DNA of 56,109 nt, counting the filler, from Sphacelaria rigidula (lineage: Eukaryota), in NCBI GenBank assembly GCA_964200075.2. It is 5 parts of 5 records of this genome, joined end to end, with 100 filler letters (N's around TTAATTAATTAA, not from the genome) between each part and the next. Parts side by side here need not be neighbours in the genome. Positions count along the whole stretch, not along the records: positions 44,969 to 56,109 come from CAXNAA020005334.1; 4 more parts are not named here. One strand, given 5' to 3'. The translations under genes and the position numbers were made by a program. The first letter of the stretch is position 1. Every line of letters begins with the position of its first letter. This document shows, in pieces, positions 49,133 to 56,109 of the stretch. The notes under the pieces are model-generated. The model saw only the letters and a program-made list of their open reading frames with translations. It was not told the DNA's origin and made no database searches.

Positions 49133-51821
49133 CCGCACTTTATTTCTCGATCGAAAAAGTGTGGTCGAGTTTTTTTTCGCTGATCTGATACGTGCATCGC
49201 ATTATGTTCCCAGAAGGCTTCAACTCAAAATTATAATTAGGGGTGCGCCGAGAAGAATGCAATGAGGTTGAAAACAATCGTGTTCGATCGAGAACATGCG
49301 GTCGAAAGGCACGAAGCGGCACTTGCCTCCTATCTTACAGACCACCACGCCAGATAACACCTGTTCACAGGACCATGCAAACTAAACTCCATCCAACTCA
49401 TTCTCAGCATAGCGCACGAGTTGAGCCCAGGGATAGATACACTGCAGTAGAGTAGTTGGTTGTGATTTTTTTTTTATTGGCGAGAACTTGACTTTGCATC
49501 TTCTCTCATGGTAGGGATCAGCGACGGAACTGCGTGGTACGGTGCGCAACCGAGTTGCGTGCACGCTCATGGATAGTGCAGGCAGCACAAAGCTGCACGT
49601 TGCTGAAGTCCTCTTCACGTCGCATCGTAAGAAGAGAGAACTGATAGTCTTGGGCTGTATGCACTGCACGTTGCCCGCTTCTCTTCTATATCCTCCTGAA
49701 CGAAACACGCACACACGCACCCAAGACACTGCTTGCAGCAATGCAGACAGTACAGACAGAGACAAAAAAATCCGGCTCCACATTTCACCGAACCGCGGCA
49801 AATCGGCTTTTAAATTCACCGAACCCCGAACGCCGGGAAATCGTATTTTAGGAGCACAGAAAGGCCTGCAAACAGGCAACAACAAACACAGCGCCTATGG
49901 TTGTTATTCATTGAAATCAGATTGATATGACGCACGCATATGTCGCGCTTACACGATTCAGACGCCTATGGTGTAAGGAAATATAAATATACTCGCGTTA
50001 CCATTTAAACGTCACGTGTTGCATATATACAATAAAGGCTGCGATTGCCAAATAATAGACAACCCTTAGACAACCCAGAAAGAGACGAGGAAAAAACAAA
50101 AAACTGCGACACTAGAATTTATCGAAATCCAAGAAATCGTTCTGCAGTCTGGTGTCACCTGTATTCATCGCGTGTATGCATGTATACGTGAAATTTCCGT
50201 TTTTCAGAATAAAAGTGTCAGATCCACCATAAGGGCTCCGCGTATTGCCTATTACGCACACACTTTCAGGCCCTGACTGCTTGGGTCGGAGGTCGAATCT
50301 TGCCCTCGTCGAACGTGAACGATTATGGGAAAACATTGCACTATCTCATCAAGCTTTAAAAAAAAAAAAATGTCTTTCGAAAATGAAAAATGTCGCAGGG
50401 TGAAGTAGAGCTGAAGGGGTTTTTTAAGTGTAATGTGTCGAGAGTAGGTCTAATTGACCCCCTTGCACGGGAGCGTTCACACGTAATCTTGGTCAGACAT
50501 ATAGTGGATCGGATTCGTGACAGAAGTGACTTTGATCGCACTGTAGCGGATCCTCGCGCTTGAAAGGACCGACCGCACTGTGGCGGCACCACTACTGTAT
50601 GTCCAAGACCTGTGGCGCTGATGTAGTAGCTGTCAAGAGGAATCGGTACAACAGTGGGTTCGTGATGTGGTTGCTGCGTGGTGAGAAACATGCCGAAATC
50701 ATCGGTCATATTCTGGGTTGTCGCCAGTAGAAACTAGAACCTCTACAGAAGAAGAGAGTTTGACGAGCCGACAACACCCGTTTCATTACCGGTGCCCATT
50801 ATTTAGGTGCCGCCTCACCGCGGATCTCATGTGTCATGGCCGATTAAAGTATAGCCGTTTTTGAAAGTGTTTGCCTGGAGTAGTGTGAACGTTTTTTTCT
50901 GCGACTCTACCGTGTGTTGAAAGTGTGATACAGCAAACCGTCCTCATCTTTTTATTTTTTCACGGGCACGCCGTGGCAAGCGGTATGGTGCACTCGTTCG
51001 CCAATATAACCCACCGTTGTTCAACTGTGCGTGCTGTATGCAGACTTCATAACACCATGTACTTACGTCGATTGATCTTTGAGTTTGAAGTGTTCGTGAC
51101 ATAACAACTCGTCTGTGTTCATACACCTCAAAGATCAGGACACGGATGTGAAGGTTAACCCTTTTGGAACTCGCGAAAAACGGTACACACTCCCATATGC
51201 GAGCTTTCGTCACCGGGAAAACGTCACTACGAGTTCGGTGCACAAGTCTGCCACACTTGTATACTTGAAATTGGAGTGATGCACGGTTTTGATGGGCTGC
51301 ATTATGAACAGTCCCAAAAAGGATTAAGAGTCGACAAGTACATCCTAGGCGGGCCAGATTATCAGCAAAGCTAGGTAGACAGTAGCCGTCAGGTGAGCTG
51401 CCGGGCAAGTCTATTTATGTGGTTTTGGATGATGACTGAATGGTGTTATTATTCTGTGTTGTTTATTCGAATCGTGCCTGAAGCACTTTTGTGGAGGCAG
51501 GCGAGAGACCAGAGAACTCCCACATCATGTTGGCTGGCTTTATTGCGTGAGTTCATGTAATGGATGGTGAAAACGCGCGCGGAAGGTTGTGAAGCTTGAA
51601 AACACTCTTCGCTCCGAAGTATTGCCGTAAATCGATGACCATGATGGCAGTCTCTTTTTCCGTTTCAACGGTCACCCGCATTATGTAGAAGTTGGTCAGC
51701 AGAGGCAAGCACCCGACGATGGCTTCGACGAGTTCACAGCAGTATGGTCTAAAGAGGAAAGGGATGGGGAATGCAAATGCGTGTTTTTCGTCCGACATAG
51801 ACACAAACACACATACATACA

Positions 51822-51852
<31 letters not shown>

Positions 51853-52240
51853 TCGTCTCATAGAGTTACTGAACACGCATGTACGTACATGACACCAACG
51901 ACCTTCGTTCCCTGAAAGTGGCAGCGGTACCAGGGGATGAAGAAATTTCCTGAAAAGACGAAGACATTGCAGATGGGATAGAAAAAGGATCATACAGCAG
52001 GGCAAAGGCAACGGAATCTTGCTGAGCCGCCTCTGGCAAAGTATGAGATTGGCATTGGCCGTTGGCATTGGATTCATTTACAGCAGTGTTCTGCCTCCTC
52101 GAGGACACGTCGTCGATTGTCTGATAGCTGAGGGATACAAGATACACACCCGGAGTACGCCCCCCACGCCCCCCCCCTTCCCCTTTCGCCCCGGCGTGTA
52201 CGCACGAAACCCACTCGCTTATCTTAACCCCGTGCTCCAG

Positions 52241-55200
52241 CGCTCTGTGCACGGCGAAGGCCCTGTTATCTCGTGGAGGTACGGCCGAAGACCTGGTCGT
52301 GGATACCTCTCCCGATGTCGAAGCCCTCCTCACACCCTTCACCGAGCGACTCGCCCGCATGAACACGACACGCATGGCCTCGACAGTGTGGCGCGGACTG
52401 TATGGAAGCAGCGGTCGACCGGGTTGCTCGACAGCCGTCAACGGCGGGGATGAAGTAATGGCGATGGCGGGAGATGGGGTCGGTTGGTCGTCCGGCGGCG
52501 GCGGACGGGGAGGATCGTCAAGATCGCCGTTTGTGCGTAGGACGGCGAGCTATTCGCCGCCGGGGTCGGCGTTGTCGGCTGAAGTGTGGACGACAGCCGG
52601 TAAGGTCCACGGCGATCAAAATATTATTTAGTACAAACTGGACCAGCGTGCAGCATTTTGAGGGGCTTGACCAGCATTGCCCGGCCCGTTTTTCAAGGGC
52701 TAGAAGCTGAAAAGTTTTACGCAAGGTGTATATCATCAAAATGCACAAACCTGTTGAAGTAGCCAAGCACAAGGGAAAACAAGTAGTCGGTTAGTGTCGA
52801 TTCAAGATCCTGAAAAAATATTGCATGCCACAGTGAAAAATTGTGCTGTTCTCTTCGACAGACACGCTTTCGAGATAGTTCATTTGGGGGGCTGAATATT
52901 CCACACGATTGTGCGTGGTACGGTGGAGTGACACTGTAGACCGATATGCACAGCGATTTGCGGCAGCGGGCGAGCAGCGGAGAAGCAGCAATGGGGGGGA
53001 GCATTTAGGGTTGTACTTGTGTGGTATGCACTCAGGTGTTCAGGATGATGCTTACGATGGTTTATGATTGCCCGGTGGAGGCTGCTCTGTTCCAGTCTCG
53101 CAGCCACATTTTCACGCGCTGGCTGTGAGATAGGGGGAAGAATCGGCATAATGACTGACGTAGCAACATGAGTGTTCTATTTTCTTGTCTCTTCTTGTCG
53201 TCACCACGTTGCCTGTTGTTATCCGTCACATTTACTCGATTCTTGCTGCCAGAATGGACATATGCACACGTATGTATATGTACATATTCAGTCGTACTCC
53301 AATATTTCACGGCTTAAATAACGCAAGCTCCCGCCAACCCATGAGTACCTTCGCATTTTTATTTTTATTTTTAACGCATCTTACACCTCGCGTTTTTTCG
53401 CATTGCTCACGGAAGCCTTCACCCTTACCCCCTGCTCTCACCTCGTGGTTGTATACTGTGTACAACACCCGCCGGTGCCCGTAATCGCTCAGGTAAGACA
53501 TTTCCCCAGTGGGTGTGCGGGGTCACGTCGGCGCTGCTGTTAGAGTGCTATGCCGGCGTGGCTGCTCGATGCTTCCAGCGCGGCTCTAATAGCCGAAGCG
53601 AAGATCCGACGTTTCCTCCTCGACCGGCGCCTACACCGCCGGTGAGGCATGCACAACGCGAGCACGCTCCGGCAAACCTGCCTTTTTTTTCTTCTGTACT
53701 CCCGCACGTCAGCCTTTTGAATCGGCGTGTGGACAGTTTTTCCGAGAGACGTGTATCTACGTCGACGAAAAAAACACGTATTTGGCGATATTTCGTACAT
53801 TCTTCCTTTATGAAAAGTACACACAACGCCCCTTTCTCTTCATGTTCAGAGTGTGAAATTCCGAGTGTCAGTTATCCACCATGCACATGTCGTTCTGCCG
53901 CTAAGTGGTCCATCCCTCATGACTTGTACACGCTTGTGTTTGTTTACGTGATGCTCGGCTGAAAAGAGAGCCCTTGTTCCCCCGCTCCCGCTTTTCGTGT
54001 AGATTTCGCTGTTGACAGTCACCCAGAATCCAAGCCCCCTCCCCTTATCTCTCTCTGTACCCCGTTCACGATTTGTGTCTTGCGGTGCAGGGGGTGCCGC
54101 CTTCTCTCGAGGGCCAGGACGAGCTGTTGGCGCTGTGCTACGCGCTCTGCCGTAGAAAAGCTGAGCTCGCCGCGTGCCTCTTGCCGGCGGTAAGGACAAT
54201 GTAGCGTGCACGACATCAGATGAAACAAAGGATGATGCATCGTAGGTAGGACCACGTGCTTGGATACCCGATTAGATAAATCAAACAAGAACTGCACTGT
54301 GCTAAAATGAAGAAGAAATATGGTGTGAGAAGTTGGATACCTGATCCTGAAATGAACATGCAAGAGGAGTTGTGCTAGGAGGGGAGTACACACACTCGAT
54401 TGCAATTATGAAGAAAATAAAGGCGCTGTATTGGATAGAGGCGGAGCGCCAATCTCGGAAACTATTCTCCAACATTTTGCTCGTTTTTTGCCATTTGATG
54501 TTGTAAGCGGCGTGTAAAACATCAGCATTGACTCCGGCATGCAATACGATGAGTGTCCCCCCCCCCTCCCCCGCCCAGGCCTTGGTATTCATTGGATCAT
54601 GTCGAATGATCATGTCCAGACGAAGTGTTCCCGGAATAGTTGCACACGTGTCGACGTTTAATTCTATGTAGCACCAACGTGTGGAAACGAGATCCACCGA
54701 AGACCCCGGCCCTGACCCCTTATTCGCCCCACCTAATCCGCCGACGCGCATGTGCAACACCCAATGCCCTCGCCAGATCATCTACGACTTGGTCCGGTCG
54801 CACGACTATGATTTGAATGCTAGAGGCGGCGACGCCGCAGGTGCGGAAAGCGGTGGCGGCGATGGCGGCGGCGGTAGTGGCAGCACTAGAAAGTCCACAA
54901 ATCGCGCCGCTGCAGAGCTCTCGGTAGCGTTCCGCGACCACGTGTTTTGTCCCGATGGGCCTGAGGGACCGGCTCACGCGCAGGTCGTTGCGCTTGGGAT
55001 AGAAGTGCTCAACTTCCTTCGCGGCCGTCAGGTACGCCCTGTGTGCACTGTTTGAGCGCGTTCGCTGTTTCCCTTTACCGCTGAAGCCGGTAATATCCCG
55101 GGACGATCTCTGAAGCTTTTGCTTTCAGAATCTACAGTTGTTCTCTAATGCCGATTTGGATCGATTTCCCACGGTGCCGTGCCTCTGGCAACAACCGGAA

Positions 55201-55558
55201 CACGCAACCAATAACATCAATTAGACACCCCTCGTGCCTCCCCCGCCCGGCTCCCCCCCTCCCTTGGGTCCTCCCTCCTTTTCTGCCCCCTTTCGACTTG
55301 CGTACCCAGGTGGCCGCTTTCCTCCGCCATCACCAGGGAAACAAGTACCGCAAAGGGGGCGGCGCCGGCGCTGCCGGAGATGCCGACAACTCGGACAACC
55401 ACGATACCTATCGATGGCTAGGTTGGGCCGGGGAGGGGCGCGAGGGCGACGGCAGCGGCGGGCTTCCTTTCGGCTTCTACCTCGATCTCGACGCGCTGCA
55501 TGTCGCGCGCGCTGCTGCAAGATGCGGAGCGCACTGCTCAGCTCTATTTTACGCCGAG
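52241..55558 (+). CDS. ATM: ATM/Tel1 PI3K-like protein kinase, partial (region just before the FAT domain); exons 52241-52599, 53493-53641, 54091-54189, 54777-55031, 55310-55558
   Basis: Phase-consistent exons give ALCTAKALL...LLTPF...AEVWTTAG-KTFPQWVCGVTSALL...-ELLALCYALCRRKAELAACLLPA-IIYDLV...IEVLNFLRGRQ-...FYLDLDALHVARAAARCGAHCSALFYAE. This is collinear with human ATM motifs as recalled (YLQPF, [70 protein letters not shown]). Confidence 0.88.
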
Positions 55559-56109
55559 GCAAGTTACCATGGTTAACTTTTTCTCCCGTGTCTTTTTTTG
55601 TGTCCAGTACATACTGTATACCCTGATGCGACGCTTCGATAGCCGGGTTTTGGTAGTAGTGGAGAATCATGTTGGGATAGCAGGGGGAAGGGGAATGCAC
55701 CTTGGGTTTCTTTTTATTTTTTATTTCTCCGGGCGAAAGTCGATGTCTCAGCCTGCACTCACATGTTCTCGCGCTCTTGCCGGCGATGTTGAGTAGTACA
55801 CGGTCGGGACCCAGTGCGCCCTTCGCGGACTAGCCCAGGCGCGATGAGCATGGGCGTGTTTGCTCGTCCCCTGCTGCCCATCGTCACGCCCCATTCTTTT
55901 CCATTCCGTGGTACTCGTAATATTGCCCTTCACTCCACTTTTTTTTACGGCCTCACCTCCCCTACCTCCTTTCTTTCTCGTACATGCATACTTCCTCTGT
56001 CCCATAAGTGAAGGTACCTACATTTGTACGGGCCCTTAACCCTTTGGGAACCCTCCCCTCCCGTCCCCGGGCCAGACGCCTCATTATGAGAAGCCCTGAC
56101 AAAGAAGGA

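Noticed and set aside
24388-55558. SET methyltransferase and ATM as a chromatin/DNA-damage gene cluster
   Set aside because: They are on different scaffolds that were artificially concatenated.

Overview
Repeat-rich eukaryotic genomic DNA of roughly balanced GC content. The intron style and repeat families point to a brown alga or related stramenopile (inference). The window is not one locus. It is five scaffolds of 11143, 11142, 11142, 11141 and 11141 bp joined by identical 100-bp spacers (44 N + TTAATTAATTAA + 44 N), which looks like a size-sorted concatenation, so features on either side of a spacer cannot be assumed to be linked. Protein-coding content read from splice-phase-consistent exons: (1) five exons of an ATM/Tel1 kinase gene (+, 52241-55558); (2) five exons of a pre-SET/SET (Suv39/G9a/SETDB-like) histone methyltransferase (-, 24388-31516); (3) a probable multi-exon gene of unknown function (-, 12891-16446, possibly starting at a signal-peptide exon at 21420-21533). 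Mobile DNA: a degenerate RTE-like LINE with a (CAA)n tail plus two further fragments, a truncated Ty3/Gypsy element, two tRNA-derived SINE families, many MITE/foldback elements and Helitron-like ends. The most unusual observations are a ~70-bp element that always ends in a poly-C tract and sits at the same site in two separate SINE copies, a CAC-terminal TIR element inserted in a (CA)n microsatellite, and repeats carrying telomere-like TTAGGG tracts. Most ORFs in the supplied track are spurious. No CRISPR array, rRNA or clearly functional tRNA is supported.
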